From contig CAXXLZ010000002.1 in NCBI GenBank assembly GCA_963675595.2, positions 4,640,001-4,704,000 on the forward strand: a stretch of DNA of 64,000 bases. The letters are read 5' to 3'. The stretch comes from Thermodesulfobacteriota bacterium. GTDB lineage: Bacteria > Desulfobacterota > Desulfarculia > JACQYL01. Shown piece by piece: positions 11,386-22,322 of the stretch. The notes beneath the pieces are model-generated. The model was not told the origin of the DNA. It did not search any database and saw nothing but the letters and a program-made list of their open reading frames with translations. The translations under genes and the position numbers were made by a program. Each line of letters opens with the position of its first letter. Positions within the stretch are counted from its first letter, which is position 1.

Positions 11386-11410
11386 CGTTCCCAAGTTGAA
11401 CTTGGGAACG
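11386..11410. repeat. REP-like palindrome
   Basis: CGTTCCCAAG-TTGAA-CTTGGGAACG inverted repeat in the spacer between divergent aspS and the molybdoenzyme operon. Confidence 0.5.
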
Positions 11411-11691
11411 AGACCTCTAGGTAATCTTCATCCGCGCAACGCACCACATCCGGGGAATTCGGTGACGCCGGGCATACCGGGTGAACTCTCCCGACGCGTG
11501 TCCAAAGTCTCAACGGGTCCTGAGAACCCCCCGACCTCGTTATGGAAAACGTATGAGGTCGGTCACTCGGGTCGAGCGCGTGAAAACGCGCCTGTGTGAG
11601 GTTGTGCTTGACGGAATAGCTACATATTAGCTACAAAGAAGGTATTGGCCTCTCTCCACGCCCCGACCTTAAGTTTAAGGACAGCAAGCCC

Positions 11692-12174
11692 ATGAAACAC
11701 ATTGTCCGCATCAACGTCAACGGCGACCCCTATGAGTTGGCCGTGGATTCCCGGAGCACCTTGCTGGATGTTCTCCGAGAAGACCTTCGCCTCACCGGAA
11801 CCAAAAGGGGATGTGGCGATGGGGACTGCGGAGCCTGCACTGTGCTCTTGGATGGTCGGCCGGTGAACTCCTGCCTTACCCTGGCCGTGGAGGCCGATGG
11901 AAGAGAGGTGACGACCATCGAAGGGTTGGCTCCCTCGGGGTCCGGGCTCCATCCGCTTCAAGAGGCCTTCATCGAGAAAGGCGCGGTGCAGTGCGGCTAC
12001 TGTACTCCCGGAATGATCCTTTCCGCCCTGGCTCTATTGCGCAGGAATCCGAACCCTACCGAGGAGCAGGTACGGGAAGGTCTGAGCGGAAATCTATGCC
12101 GTTGCACGGGCTATAACAAGATTGTCGAAGCCGTCATGGCTGCGGCCGCATCCCGAAAGGAGGAGTCGTCATGA
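11692..12174 (+). CDS. Xanthine dehydrogenase family 2x[2Fe-2S] small subunit (CoxS-like)
   Basis: GCGDGDCGACTV..SC and QCGYCTPG..NLCRCTGY. Confidence 0.95.
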   Translation: MKHIVRINVNGDPYELAVDSRSTLLDVLREDLRLTGTKRGCGDGDCGACTVLLDGRPVNSCLTLAVEADGREVTTIEGLAPSGSGLHPLQEAFIEKGAVQCGYCTPGMILSALALLRRNPNPTEEQVREGLSGNLCRCTGYNKIVEAVMAAAASRKEESS

Positions 12175-13064
12175 TACCCAGAATGACCCTCCCTCGATTC
12201 GAGTTCTTTGCGCCGGAAAGCCTGGACGAGGCATTGGAGCTGCTTTCGGAGTATGGAGACCGGGCTCGAGTGAAAGCCGGCGGCACGGACCTGCTCATCA
12301 GAATGCGCAAGCGCTTGGTTACTCCTGATGTACTTATCGGACTGTCCCGACTAAAGCACCTCGAGGCCATCGTATTCGACGAAGAAAAAGGACTGAGTAT
12401 CGGGGCCATGGCCAGGCTGGCCCAAGTGGCCGACAACGAGCATATACGGAATCGGTACCCCGCCGTGGCGTACGCGGCGTCCATCACGGCCACCAATCAG
12501 ATTCGCAATCTCGGAACCGTGGTGGGGAACCTCTGCAACGCATCTCCCTCGGCGGACAACGCCCCGTCCCTCATTGCCATGAAAGGCGAGGCGGTGCTGG
12601 CCTCCGTGAGGGGCAAGCGAATCGTACCATTGGATGCTTTCTTTCTGGGACCGGGAGTCACGGTTCGCGAACACGACGAACTGGTAACGGAAGTGCGCGT
12701 GCTCAGACCAGGGGTCGGAACGGGGTGTGCCTATCAATTCATTTCCATGCGCTCCAAAGTCGATATCGCCGCCGTCAGTGTGGGCGTTATGGTTGTCATG
12801 GATGGAGAGACGATTCGGGAAGCCCGAGTGGTGCTCGGTGCGGTGGCCTCGACTCCTCTTCGCTCTTTGAAGGCGTCCGAAGTGCTGACCGGGGCCAAGG
12901 TCAACGATGCCCTCCTGCAGGAAGCCTCCCGCGCAGCCATGGAGGAAGCCTGTCCTATTTCGGACTGCCGGGCCTGCGACGAATACCGGAAACGCATGGT
13001 GGGTGTGCTGACTCGAAGGGCCTTGCACCAAGCCATATCGGACGTTCGGAACGACCCGAGATAG
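12171..13064 (+). CDS. Xanthine dehydrogenase family FAD-binding medium subunit (CoxM-like)
   Basis: AGGTDL, QIRNLGTVVGNLCNASPSAD; 4-nt overlap with upstream gene. Confidence 0.93.
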   Translation: MIPRMTLPRFEFFAPESLDEALELLSEYGDRARVKAGGTDLLIRMRKRLVTPDVLIGLSRLKHLEAIVFDEEKGLSIGAMARLAQVADNEHIRNRYPAVAYAASITATNQIRNLGTVVGNLCNASPSADNAPSLIAMKGEAVLASVRGKRIVPLDAFFLGPGVTVREHDELVTEVRVLRPGVGTGCAYQFISMRSKVDIAAVSVGVMVVMDGETIREARVVLGAVASTPLRSLKASEVLTGAKVNDALLQEASRAAMEEACPISDCRACDEYRKRMVGVLTRRALHQAISDVRNDPR

Positions 13065-13112
13065 ACCGGAGTTCCGCCGAGTTGCAAACTACTTACGTCA
13101 GGTGGGTGAAGC

Positions 13113-15395
13113 ATGATCGAACGTTCAGTTGTCGGAAAGGATACACCCAGGATCGACGCGCGTCTAAAGGTGACCGGCGCGGCAATCTATACCGACGACA
13201 TGTCTCTGCCCGGCATGCTGCATGGTGCGATTCTCCGTTCTCCTCTGCCGCACGCGCTGATTCGCAACATCGACGTATCGGCGGCGGAGCGGATTCCGGG
13301 CGTCAAAGCCGTGATCACGGGAAAGGACGTTCCATCAATTCGTTACGGCAATTGGAGACTGGTTCCCGAGAGCCAGGATGAGACTCCTTTGGCTCATGAG
13401 AAGGTCCGATTCATCGGGGATGAAGTGGCCGCCGTGGCCGCTGTGGACCGGGAAACCGCCGAAGAGGCGCTGGAACGGATTCGGGTCGAATACGAAGAAC
13501 TTCCCGGATTGTTCGGCGTGGAAGATGCCGTCCGCGAGGGAGCGCCCACAATCCACGAGGCTTCACCCGGCAACATCAGTCTCGACCGGAAGATCGGTTA
13601 CGGCGATTTGGAAAGCGGATTCGCGCAAGCCGACCTGATCCTGGAAGACACCTTCCGCGTGCATCCGGTGAGTCATGCATACATGGAGCCTTGTTCGAGC
13701 CTGGCCGTGGCCGATGGACAGGGCAGAATCACCTTATGGAGCTCAACACAGACTCCTTACATCGTCCAATGCTTGTTGGCGTCCACCCTGGGGTTGCGGG
13801 AGAACGAGGTTCAGGTGATCAAGCCCTACGTGGGCGGCGGCTTTGGGGGCAAAATGGAAATGCGGGTCTGGGACTTCTGTGCTGCGTACCTGGCTCGCAC
13901 GACCGGTCGCCCGGTGAAGTTCACGCTGACTCGTGAGGAGGAGATTCGTACCGGAAGGCGTCGGCATCCTATGGTGATCCGTTCCAAAGTCGGCTTCAAG
14001 AAAGACGGAAGTCTGACGGCCAAGCATTTCCACGTGTTATTGGAGGGCGGCGCCTATAACAGCATGGGGCCGACGGCCACTTTCCTGTGCGGGAATTTCG
14101 GTGCCATGCTTTATCGTTATCCCAATTATCGGTACGAAGGGTACCACGTCTACACCAATAAACCCCCGGCTGGAGCCATGAGAGGTTTCGGCGCTCCTCA
14201 GGCCCTGTTCGCTTCCGAGACCCAGATGAATATTGCGGCGGAAAAACTCGGGATCGATCCCATCGACATCCGCTTGAAGAACGCCATGGTGCCGGGGGAC
14301 GAAATTCCGGACGTGGCCGTGATCAGTTCCTGCGGTTTCGTGGAAAGTCTCAAGGAAGTACGCAAAATGAGCGACTGGGATCGGAAACGAAAGAGGCTCG
14401 GCAAAGGTTTCGGTATCGGTATCGGGTGTTACAGCTTCATCTCCGGCGGTGTATTCAACTGGTTCAATACCCAATACCCGTTTTCTTCCGCCGAGGTTCG
14501 GGCTTACGACGATGGAACGGTCCACCTTTTTACCATGGCGTCGGATATCGGCCAGGGGTCGGATACGGTCCTGGTTCAGATTCTTGCCGAGGAACTGGGC
14601 CTTTCCATGGACCGAGTCCGGATCACTTCGGGCGACACGGCCATGACGCCGAAGGCGGACTTGGGCACTTGGGGCAGTCGAGTGACTCTGATGGCCGGTA
14701 ACGCCGTGATCAAAGCGGCACGCCGGGTGAAGGAAGAGCTGGCCCGTGTGGTGTCGCTCAAATTTAATCTGAACGTGATCCATGAAGTGGATTTCAAAGA
14801 CGGACGGGTCTTCACCAAATCTAGGCCGGATAGGGGCGTGACTTTCGGCGAAGCGGTGGCTTTGGCGATGAAGTACAACCGCGGCGAACAGGTGATCGGG
14901 CGAGGCTCTTACACTCCCAGGGATAAGGGACTGGTTTCACCGGCATTCAGCTTTGGAGCCCAGGTGGCGGAAGTGAAGGTGGATGAAGAAACGGGCAAGG
15001 TCGAGGTGGAGAAGATGTACACCGCTCACGACTGCGGCACCGTGATCAATCCCATCTCCGTTGAGGGCCAACTGGAAGGCTCCATCCATATGGGGTTGGG
15101 CTACGCGCTATGTGAAGAGTTGGTCATGGAAGACGGCCGCACCCTGCCTGAAGGGTTCCTGGATTATAAACTGCCGTCCGCGGTGGACATGCCGCCGGGG
15201 GAATCCGTGTGCATTGAAACCTACGAACCCGAGGGCCCGTTAGGGGCCAAAGAAGCCGGGGAAGGACTGGTCTCCCCGACGGCTCCCGCCATTGCCGAGG
15301 CCGTGTTCCATGCCGTCGGCTACCGCTGCATGGATCTGCCCATCACACCGGACAAAATCTTGGGAATCAGGAAAAGTACCGCGAAAGCCTGCTGA
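13113..15395 (+). CDS. Xanthine dehydrogenase family molybdopterin-binding large subunit (HcrA/CoxL-like, substrate unknown)
   Basis: KVTGAAIY, GGGFGGK, AMRGFGAPQ, DIGQGS, GQLEG, GAKEAGE motifs. Confidence 0.93.
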   Translation: MIERSVVGKDTPRIDARLKVTGAAIYTDDMSLPGMLHGAILRSPLPHALIRNIDVSAAERIPGVKAVITGKDVPSIRYGNWRLVPESQDETPLAHEKVRFIGDEVAAVAAVDRETAEEALERIRVEYEELPGLFGVEDAVREGAPTIHEASPGNISLDRKIGYGDLESGFAQADLILEDTFRVHPVSHAYMEPCSSLAVADGQGRITLWSSTQTPYIVQCLLASTLGLRENEVQVIKPYVGGGFGGKMEMRVWDFCAAYLARTTGRPVKFTLTREEEIRTGRRRHPMVIRSKVGFKKDGSLTAKHFHVLLEGGAYNSMGPTATFLCGNFGAMLYRYPNYRYEGYHVYTNKPPAGAMRGFGAPQALFASETQMNIAAEKLGIDPIDIRLKNAMVPGDEIPDVAVISSCGFVESLKEVRKMSDWDRKRKRLGKGFGIGIGCYSFISGGVFNWFNTQYPFSSAEVRAYDDGTVHLFTMASDIGQGSDTVLVQILAEELGLSMDRVRITSGDTAMTPKADLGTWGSRVTLMAGNAVIKAARRVKEELARVVSLKFNLNVIHEVDFKDGRVFTKSRPDRGVTFGEAVALAMKYNRGEQVIGRGSYTPRDKGLVSPAFSFGAQVAEVKVDEETGKVEVEKMYTAHDCGTVINPISVEGQLEGSIHMGLGYALCEELVMEDGRTLPEGFLDYKLPSAVDMPPGESVCIETYEPEGPLGAKEAGEGLVSPTAPAIAEAVFHAVGYRCMDLPITPDKILGIRKSTAKAC

Positions 15396-15414
15396 GCGGT
15401 CATTGGGTCAAATA

Positions 15415-15451
15415 AAAGGCGGGAACGCTCTTCATGAGCGTTCCCGCCTTT
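15415..15451. terminator. Bidirectional rho-independent terminator
   Basis: AAAGGCGGGAACGCTC-TTCAT-GAGCGTTCCCGCCTTT perfect 16-bp stem between convergent genes. Confidence 0.85.
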
Positions 15452-15488
15452 GCTAAAGATTTAGGAGAGAGAAGAAGAGATATATATG

Positions 15489-16937
15489 TCAACCTAGTTT
15501 GACGGTGACGAAGAAAGTAGCGCCTCGTCGCCAAACCAGGAGTAGAAGCGTCTTAGCCTCATTTTTGCCTGTGGCCGCCTTGAATTCCTCCACCGAGTTG
15601 ATCGGTTTGTGTTCCACTTCCAGGATGACATCTCCCCGGAGCAAGCCGCTTTCCGCAGCAGGGCTTCCCGGCTCCACCGAGGTTACGGCCACGCCTTGAG
15701 ATTTTTCGAGCCCGAGACCTTTGGCCAGTTCCGGCGTAACGGTCTGGATGGATATCCCGATACGTTTTCCTTGGGTGGTTTCGGAAGCCACGGTGAGCTC
15801 GTCTTTCAGAGTCCCCAATTCCACCTTCAAGGTCTTCTTCTTTCCGTCACGGAGAATCTGCACTTCCACCTGGGTGTCCGGGGGAACGTTGGCGACCATT
15901 TGGGGCAGTACCTGGGAGTTTTCCACGGGCTGATTATTGAAGGCGACAATGACGTCACCCCGTTTGATGCCCGCCTTGGCCGCAGGACCGCCTTCGGTGA
16001 CGTCCGCCACCAGAGCTCCGTTGCGGTCGGAAAGCTTAAACGAGTCGGCCAGCTCTTCGGTGATATTCTGGATGGTCACTCCCAGCCATCCTCTGGTGAC
16101 CTTGCCTTTTTCCTTCAAATGAGTCAGCACGCTCTTCGCCATGTTGATGGGCACGGCGAAACCGATTCCCTGCCCTGTGGCCACAATGGCGGTATTGATG
16201 CCGACGACGTCGCCGTAATAGTTGAATAGGGGGCCGCCGCTGTTGCCCGGATTGATGGAGGCGTCCGTTTGAATGAAATCATCATAGGGGCCGGCGCCGA
16301 TGACTCTTCCCGTGGCGCTGATGATGCCCGTTGTCACGGTTTCCGACAAACCGAAGGGGTTGCCGATGGCCAACACGGGTTCACCCTGGCGAAGGGTGTC
16401 GGAGTCGCCGAGGGTGACGAAACTCAGGTCCTCTTTCGGCTCGATCTTGATCAAGGCGATGTCCGTCTTGGGATCGGTACCGACGACCTTGGCCGGATAC
16501 TCTGTTTTGTCATAAAGCACGATCTGAATTTCGTCGGCTTCCTGCACGACATGGTTGTTGGTTACGATGTAGCCGTCCTTACTGACGATAAATCCGGATC
16601 CCAGTCCCTTTTGGCGATATTCGCGGGGCATCCGATTACCGAAAAAACGTTCCCAGAAATCCTTAAACGGATCATTTTCGCCGAAAGGCGACGTGCCGTG
16701 CCCTTGGAAAGGCATGGCGCTCATTTTTTCGACCTTGACTACGCTGATATTCACGACACAAGGCTTAAGCCGCTCCACCAAGTTGGGAACGGTCTCGTTG
16801 GTGACTTCGAACTTCCGGTGCGGAATGGACGATTCCGTCCAGAATGGTGCGGCCGCCGCGATACCCGACAAAAAAATACTCAACACAACGACGCGTATTC
16901 CAACCGCTATCCAACTTCTGCTTCGCTTGTGGTTCAT
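15489..16937 (-). CDS. Do/DegQ family HtrA serine endoprotease with two PDZ domains
   Basis: Signal peptide, GSGFI, TNNHV, DIAL, INPGNSGGPL, two PDZ domains. Confidence 0.95.
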   Translation of the reverse strand: MNHKRSRSWIAVGIRVVVLSIFLSGIAAAAPFWTESSIPHRKFEVTNETVPNLVERLKPCVVNISVVKVEKMSAMPFQGHGTSPFGENDPFKDFWERFFGNRMPREYRQKGLGSGFIVSKDGYIVTNNHVVQEADEIQIVLYDKTEYPAKVVGTDPKTDIALIKIEPKEDLSFVTLGDSDTLRQGEPVLAIGNPFGLSETVTTGIISATGRVIGAGPYDDFIQTDASINPGNSGGPLFNYYGDVVGINTAIVATGQGIGFAVPINMAKSVLTHLKEKGKVTRGWLGVTIQNITEELADSFKLSDRNGALVADVTEGGPAAKAGIKRGDVIVAFNNQPVENSQVLPQMVANVPPDTQVEVQILRDGKKKTLKVELGTLKDELTVASETTQGKRIGISIQTVTPELAKGLGLEKSQGVAVTSVEPGSPAAESGLLRGDVILEVEHKPINSVEEFKAATGKNEAKTLLLLVWRRGATFFVTVKLG

Positions 16938-17334
16938 CTAAGATTTCCTCCTTGTGACGATTCTTTCTTGTGCCGTTGTTCGTCTTCTGCGAGACGATTT
17001 GTCAAAATAGATTGCCGCGAGCCGAATGCGTTTAATGTTTTCTCCAGACCCAATTCTACGGGTTGATGGCCGATTTGGCAACATACTGATTTCTTTAAGG
17101 TTTCAGTTTATTTGCGAAGTCTCCCCGGCTGATCCGGCGTCCGGAGGCGCGGAATCGCCATACCTCGCCGCGGGAACGGGTGGATCAGTGCGTTGATGTT
17201 TTCTTTCCAAAGCCCGAGATTTGCGTTATCCGGATTCTTCGGCGAGGCTTCGATAAACCTTGAGGGCGGGGTCTCGGTTCATATACTTCTTGAGGCGTTG
17301 AATTCCGGAAAGTGATGGATATGATACAACCATC

Positions 17335-18723
17335 ATGAAGAAGCCGAAACGTTTGACCCCGGACGAGGCGGAGACCATTTTGGATTCCGTGGCGGACGGG
17401 GTTTTCACCGTAGACAAGGACTACCGGGTTACTTGGTTCAACCGGGCGGCCACTCGGATTACAGGCGTTCCGAGGGAGGAGGCCGTGGGTCGGCACTGCT
17501 GCGAGGTGTTCCGGGCGGAGATCTGTGAGGCCGACTGCGCGCTGAAACAAACCGTGCGAACCGGCAAGCCCCTGGTGAATCGAGCGGTCTATATTGTGAG
17601 ACCCGACGGGCGGCGGGTGCCCATCAGCGTGAGCACCGCTCTTCTGTTGGACCGGAAGGGGGAGGTCATCGGGGGCGTGGAAACCTTCCGGGACCTCAGC
17701 TTAGTGGAAGAACTTCGCAAAGAGGTGGAGCGTCGCTACACCTTCGAAGACATCATATCCCGCAATCACGCCATGCGGGACATTTTTTCCATTTTGCCCG
17801 AGGTGGCCCGGAGCGACGCCACGGTGCTGATCGAAGGAGAAAGCGGAACCGGCAAGGAATTACTGGCGCGCGCCATTCACAATCTTTCGTCCAGGAATGA
17901 CAAAGCCGCGGTGACGGTGAACTGCGGCGCCCTTCCGGACACGCTTCTCGAATCCGAGTTGTTCGGCTACAAAGCCGGAGCCTTTACCGACGCCAAAAAG
18001 GACAAGCCGGGACGGTTCGCCCAGGCCGAAGGAGGTACCCTGTTTCTGGACGAAATCGGGGACCTGTCTCCCGCTTTGCAGGTGAGGCTGCTCAGGTTCC
18101 TTCAAGAAAGAACCTACGAGCCTTTGGGATCGAACCACACGTTGCATGCCGACGTCAGGATTTTGGCCGCGACCAACCGTGAGCTCCAGGGTGAAATGCA
18201 GAACGGGCGTTTCCGCCAGGATCTTTATTACCGAATCAACGTCATGCGGCTTCGGCTACCGCCTTTGAGGGAAAGGAAAGAAGATATTCCACTGCTTGTG
18301 GAGCACTTTGTCTCCCATATGAACCGCGTGAAGGGAAAGAATATCGAAGGTCTTTCCAACGACGCCCTGTCCGCCTTTATGGAGCATGATTGGCCGGGCA
18401 ACATACGGGAGTTGGAAAACGCCATCGAGCACGCCTTCATTCTTTGCCCGGGCGGACTCATCGAACGCCGACATCTCCCGGAACAGTTTCGTTCGTCGTT
18501 TTCGGTTCCCGACGGCATGGTGGGGAGCGGAACCACTTTGGCGGAAGTCGAAGCGAGAATCATCTATGAGACGCTGATCCGGCATCAAGGGAACCGCCAA
18601 GCCACGGCCAACGAACTGGGCATCGACAAGACCACCCTGTGGCGGAAGATCAAGAAGCTCGGACTCGACGTCCCGCGAGGCGGAAACCGCTCGGAGTCCC
18701 CCGAAAACGAAGAAACTCAATGA
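17335..18723 (+). CDS. PAS-domain sigma54-dependent transcriptional activator (Fis HTH)
   Basis: [48 protein letters not shown]. Confidence 0.95.
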   Translation: MKKPKRLTPDEAETILDSVADGVFTVDKDYRVTWFNRAATRITGVPREEAVGRHCCEVFRAEICEADCALKQTVRTGKPLVNRAVYIVRPDGRRVPISVSTALLLDRKGEVIGGVETFRDLSLVEELRKEVERRYTFEDIISRNHAMRDIFSILPEVARSDATVLIEGESGTGKELLARAIHNLSSRNDKAAVTVNCGALPDTLLESELFGYKAGAFTDAKKDKPGRFAQAEGGTLFLDEIGDLSPALQVRLLRFLQERTYEPLGSNHTLHADVRILAATNRELQGEMQNGRFRQDLYYRINVMRLRLPPLRERKEDIPLLVEHFVSHMNRVKGKNIEGLSNDALSAFMEHDWPGNIRELENAIEHAFILCPGGLIERRHLPEQFRSSFSVPDGMVGSGTTLAEVEARIIYETLIRHQGNRQATANELGIDKTTLWRKIKKLGLDVPRGGNRSESPENEETQ

Positions 18724-18900
18724 CGCCGCCGTCGGCACCCTGATCCCCCCAACGGTTGCCCGGGCATTCCAAAAATCGTCGCGGTCCCACCGGTGATGAT
18801 CCGCCTCGTATGAGCGCCGCCCGTATTTTCGCCGCTTTGAAGCGGCCGGCTGATTTGTAGGGCCGGCCTCGGAAGTCCCGATGGCCGGCGCTGATCGGCG

Positions 18901-19404
18901 CTATCCGATGAGCACCATGCTGTACCAGGCCGGCATCATCTTTCCGTCTTTGTCAAATTCCACTTTGAATCCCAACGGGGTCAGCGTCTTGCCGAAGTCG
19001 ACTCCGTAAGCGTCCATGGAAGGGCGCGCGAGATGGGGAAAGCGGCAGGGTTCGGGAAAGGCGCATTCCTCGCACTGGACACAGAGCGCAAGCGCCATGG
19101 AATACCCGAAGCCGAGCATCATGGATTCCTTCTCCACCCCGAGGGCGACGTCCTGGCCGAGCTTGGCGTCCGTGGTCTTGATGACGACGGCCTTATCGTA
19201 TTCTTTGAAAGCCTCGTCGAACTGCTCTTGGGAGAAATGGAGATTGGGAGGACACGTCCAGTACTTGCCCCATCGTTTGCACCCGAACCGGCATTTCAAA
19301 TGCGACCTCGGGTCGAACGCCACCTGCGAGGTGTCGATCAGTTTGGCTTCGACGGCACCCAATTCCAGCGCCTTTTCCACCAGGACTTCAGGGTTCGCTT
19401 CCAT
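18901..19404 (-). CDS. DUF2284 family Cys-rich metal-binding protein
   Basis: KCRFGC..WG..WTCPP, CVQCEEC..PCRFP..ARPSMDAYGVD. Confidence 0.85.
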   Translation of the reverse strand: MEANPEVLVEKALELGAVEAKLIDTSQVAFDPRSHLKCRFGCKRWGKYWTCPPNLHFSQEQFDEAFKEYDKAVVIKTTDAKLGQDVALGVEKESMMLGFGYSMALALCVQCEECAFPEPCRFPHLARPSMDAYGVDFGKTLTPLGFKVEFDKDGKMMPAWYSMVLIG

Positions 19405-19723
19405 TCCTTCTCCTCTTAATCGGGCCGTTATAAAAGGCCGGTTGCCACAGGCAGGCAAAGAAACGACGACATGCAACGCGCGCAAATCCCAAGCAATGAG
19501 ACGGACCCAAGAAGTATGCCGCTGTGACGAGGGGTCCAGCGCGACGCGGCGGATCGGGTTCTAAACCGACCTGATGGGCCTCACCGAGCGGAAGGCAGGC
19601 TACCGACATATGGGGGCGGAAGTCAATCGGGATTTCGTATGGACCGCAAAGATGATAAACAAAAAGAGGGTGCCGCGTATGGTGCGGCATTTCAGGAGAG
19701 TCCGCCGCATAGAGGCGGACTCC

Positions 19724-20602
19724 TTATTTCGGGGGTTCCTCTTCTCCCTGCGTCGGAGTTTTGGTGAGCATGCCCAGAATTTGCTGCAACGCTTTACGCT
19801 TGGATTCCGTGGAGCCGGCTTCGACCCAGCCGTAGCCCGCGTCGTGAAGCTGCAGGGCCAAGTCCAGGAACGGAGTGGGTTCAACCCCCGCCTGTTGAAG
19901 GAATTCCCGATCGGCCAGTATGTCTTCCGTGGGGCCCTGGCGCAGGACCCGTCCTTCGGAAAACACCGCGATTTCGTCCGCCCAAAGACAGGCGAGGTCC
20001 AGGTCGTGGGTGGCGAAAACCAGGGTGGTTCCATTCCGGAAAAGTTTCTCTAGCAGGTCCAGCAGATTCTTGACGCCGCGGGTGTCCAATCCGGCGGTGG
20101 GTTCATCCAGAATCAGCACTTCAGGCTTCATGGCGGCGATGCCGGCGATGGCCACCCGCTTCTTCTGCCCAAAGCTGAGCATGTGTGTGGGGCGTTCGGC
20201 CAGGGATTCAATGTCGAGGGCTTTGAGGGTGTCGCGCACCCGTTCCCTGGTTTCCTCTTCGGAGAGGCCCAGGTTCAGCGGACCGAAAGTCACATCCTGG
20301 TACACGTTGGCTGAAAAAAGCTGGTCGTCGGCATCCTGAAGCACCAATCCCACCCGTCGACGCCAGCTTTTCTTCGCATCGCGGTTGTATCGGGCGGGGA
20401 GGCCGTCCAGGAGGATTCGGCCCTTCTGAGGTTTCAGGGTACCGTTGAGATGCAGCAGAAGGGTGGTTTTCCCCGCGCCGTTGGGTCCGAGCACGGCCAG
20501 ACGACGACTTTTTCGGATTTGCAGGTTCAGCTTGTTCAGGGCTTTGACGTGCCCCGGGTAGGTAAATTCGATCTCATTAGCTTCCAGGATAACCGAGTTC
20601 AT
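19724..20602 (-). CDS. cbiO: Cobalt ECF transporter ATPase
   Basis: GPNGAGKTT, LSFGQKKRVAIAG, LDEPTAGLD, THD; operon with cbiMNQ. Confidence 0.92.
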   Translation of the reverse strand: MNSVILEANEIEFTYPGHVKALNKLNLQIRKSRRLAVLGPNGAGKTTLLLHLNGTLKPQKGRILLDGLPARYNRDAKKSWRRRVGLVLQDADDQLFSANVYQDVTFGPLNLGLSEEETRERVRDTLKALDIESLAERPTHMLSFGQKKRVAIAGIAAMKPEVLILDEPTAGLDTRGVKNLLDLLEKLFRNGTTLVFATHDLDLACLWADEIAVFSEGRVLRQGPTEDILADREFLQQAGVEPTPFLDLALQLHDAGYGWVEAGSTESKRKALQQILGMLTKTPTQGEEEPPK

Positions 20603-21350
20603 GCAGGAATCCGTTGCAGGCCAGACTGGTCGCGACGACCACCAGAAGAAGGCAGGCAATAAGGGTGAGGGTTTTCGAGGAAACGGGCTTCTCCTCCGTC
20701 AGGAACTTGAATTCTCCTTCGAATCCTCTGGCCGAGAGACCGGTTTCCATTTGGCGAACCCGGCCCATGGTCCGGTCGAACAAGGCGGCCACCAGAAGAC
20801 TCAAAGAGCGACAACTGGTCATGAATCCTTGATATCCCAAACGCGCGGACTGGGATCGATGGGCCGCGGCTACCGTGTCCGAAGCGACGAAAATCAGGCG
20901 ATACGTGAGGAGCATCAGCTCAATGACGGCGGCGGGCACTCGGACCCGGGACAGAAGGGGCACCAAGTCGGTCATGGGGGTGGTCAGAGCGAGAAACGAC
21001 AAGCACGATACGGCCGCCAGGGACCTAAGCACCACCTTCAGGGCCGTGTTGACGCCTTCGGGAGAGAGAGCGAAGTGCAATCCATGAGACCAATGTACGG
21101 ACACAAACAGCATGGGGGTGCTCAACAGCAAAAAGCCCACGGGCAGGGCCAGTATCTTCAGATAAAACCCTCCCGGAATCTTTGCGCCCCAAATGGATGC
21201 CAGGGAAACGAGCACGATGATGATCAAGGCGGCCGGCATTGGAGGCAACAGAAGACTGAGGAAAAGCATGCCTCCGGCGAAGAGGAGTTTCTCCACCGGA
21301 TGGCGCCGACTCCATTGATTCGTGTAAGCTATGGTATCAATGTGAAACAT
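20577..21350 (-). CDS. cbiQ: Cobalt ECF transporter T component
   Basis: HPVEK, ALTTP, YRLIF, AxSARLG and ARG motifs; multi-TM. Confidence 0.9.
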   Translation of the reverse strand: MFHIDTIAYTNQWSRRHPVEKLLFAGGMLFLSLLLPPMPAALIIIVLVSLASIWGAKIPGGFYLKILALPVGFLLLSTPMLFVSVHWSHGLHFALSPEGVNTALKVVLRSLAAVSCLSFLALTTPMTDLVPLLSRVRVPAAVIELMLLTYRLIFVASDTVAAAHRSQSARLGYQGFMTSCRSLSLLVAALFDRTMGRVRQMETGLSARGFEGEFKFLTEEKPVSSKTLTLIACLLLVVVATSLACNGFLHELGYPGS

Positions 21351-21654
21351 GTTCCGGGCTTTTCTCCTGAAACTTGGCGCGAGCGCGACGATACCCTAAA
21401 TAATATGCCAGAACGCCGGCTCCCAATGCGGCTTGAAGGGCGAAGAGCATACTTTCGATTTCCCCGCTCGGAGGCTCCCAGAAGGGTTCGAACCAAGGTT
21501 TGTATCCGGGATGGCTTTGGACGATGACTCCCTCCGCCTGCCCGTCGGCTCCTGCGAAGGGTTCCTCGCGATCCGAAAGTCCGGGAATCATCAGGGGAAT
21601 CACCGCCAAGGCCACAACCAGGGCGATCAAAATTCCGTTTCGTTTGAAAATCAT
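21337..21654 (-). CDS. cbiN: Cobalt transport protein CbiN
   Basis: [38 protein letters not shown]. Confidence 0.95.
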   Translation of the reverse strand: MIFKRNGILIALVVALAVIPLMIPGLSDREEPFAGADGQAEGVIVQSHPGYKPWFEPFWEPPSGEIESMLFALQAALGAGVLAYYLGYRRARAKFQEKSPEHVSH

Positions 21655-22322
21655 TGTACACCTCCGGCGAGGATTGCGGTTTCCTCCAACTCGTCGCGGC
21701 TGTACTTCAGCACCAGATTCACCACCAGTACGGTAAGCAGCCCTTCGGAAACCGCAAGTGGGATTTGGGTCACCGCGAACACCGAAAGGAATTTAATCGC
21801 CGCACCCTGGAAACCGCTCACCGGGTCGGGAAAGGCCACGGCCAGTTGTAGGGCGGTGACCACATAGGTGGTGAGGTCCCCGAGGGTCGCGGCAAGGAAG
21901 GTCGAGAATCCCAAGGAACGACCCGTTCCACGGAGAAGACGAAAAAGCGCGTAGGCCACCCAGGGGCCGGCCACGGCCATGGAAAATACATTGGCGCCGA
22001 GGGTGGTCAATCCGCCGTGGGCGAGAAGAAGCGCCTGGAACAGAAGCACGATGGCCCCGAGGAGGGGCATGACCGCAGCTCCAAAAAGTATGGCCCCTAA
22101 ACCCGTGCCTGTGGGATGAGAGCAACTGCCTGTGACGGAGGGGAGTTTCAGGGCGGAAAGGACGAATACGAAGGCTCCACATGCCGCGAGCAGCAGTTTG
22201 GCCTTGGGCTTCTCTCGAAATATTTTAACCACCTTCCGCGCGCTCACGACGACGAAGGGCAGCGACACCGCAGTCCAAGCGGCCGCATGAGCGGGCGGCA
22301 AATAACCTTCCATGATATGCAT
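21651..22322 (-). CDS. cbiM: Cobalt ECF transporter S component
   Basis: [10 protein letters not shown]-terminus, [25 protein letters not shown]. Confidence 0.95.
   Translation of the reverse strand: MHIMEGYLPPAHAAAWTAVSLPFVVVSARKVVKIFREKPKAKLLLAACGAFVFVLSALKLPSVTGSCSHPTGTGLGAILFGAAVMPLLGAIVLLFQALLLAHGGLTTLGANVFSMAVAGPWVAYALFRLLRGTGRSLGFSTFLAATLGDLTTYVVTALQLAVAFPDPVSGFQGAAIKFLSVFAVTQIPLAVSEGLLTVLVVNLVLKYSRDELEETAILAGGVQ

Noticed and set aside
11205-11513. N-terminal extension of aspS in the ORF track
   Set aside because: AspRS homology starts at MLKRTHYCG (11204)
11692-15395. Assignment as hcrCBA or aerobic CO dehydrogenase
   Set aside because: No [4Fe-4S] insert in the FAD subunit and no AYxCSFR motif
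16940-17334. Sigma54 promoter near the PAS activator
   Set aside because: TGGCAA near 17076 lacks a correctly spaced TTGC
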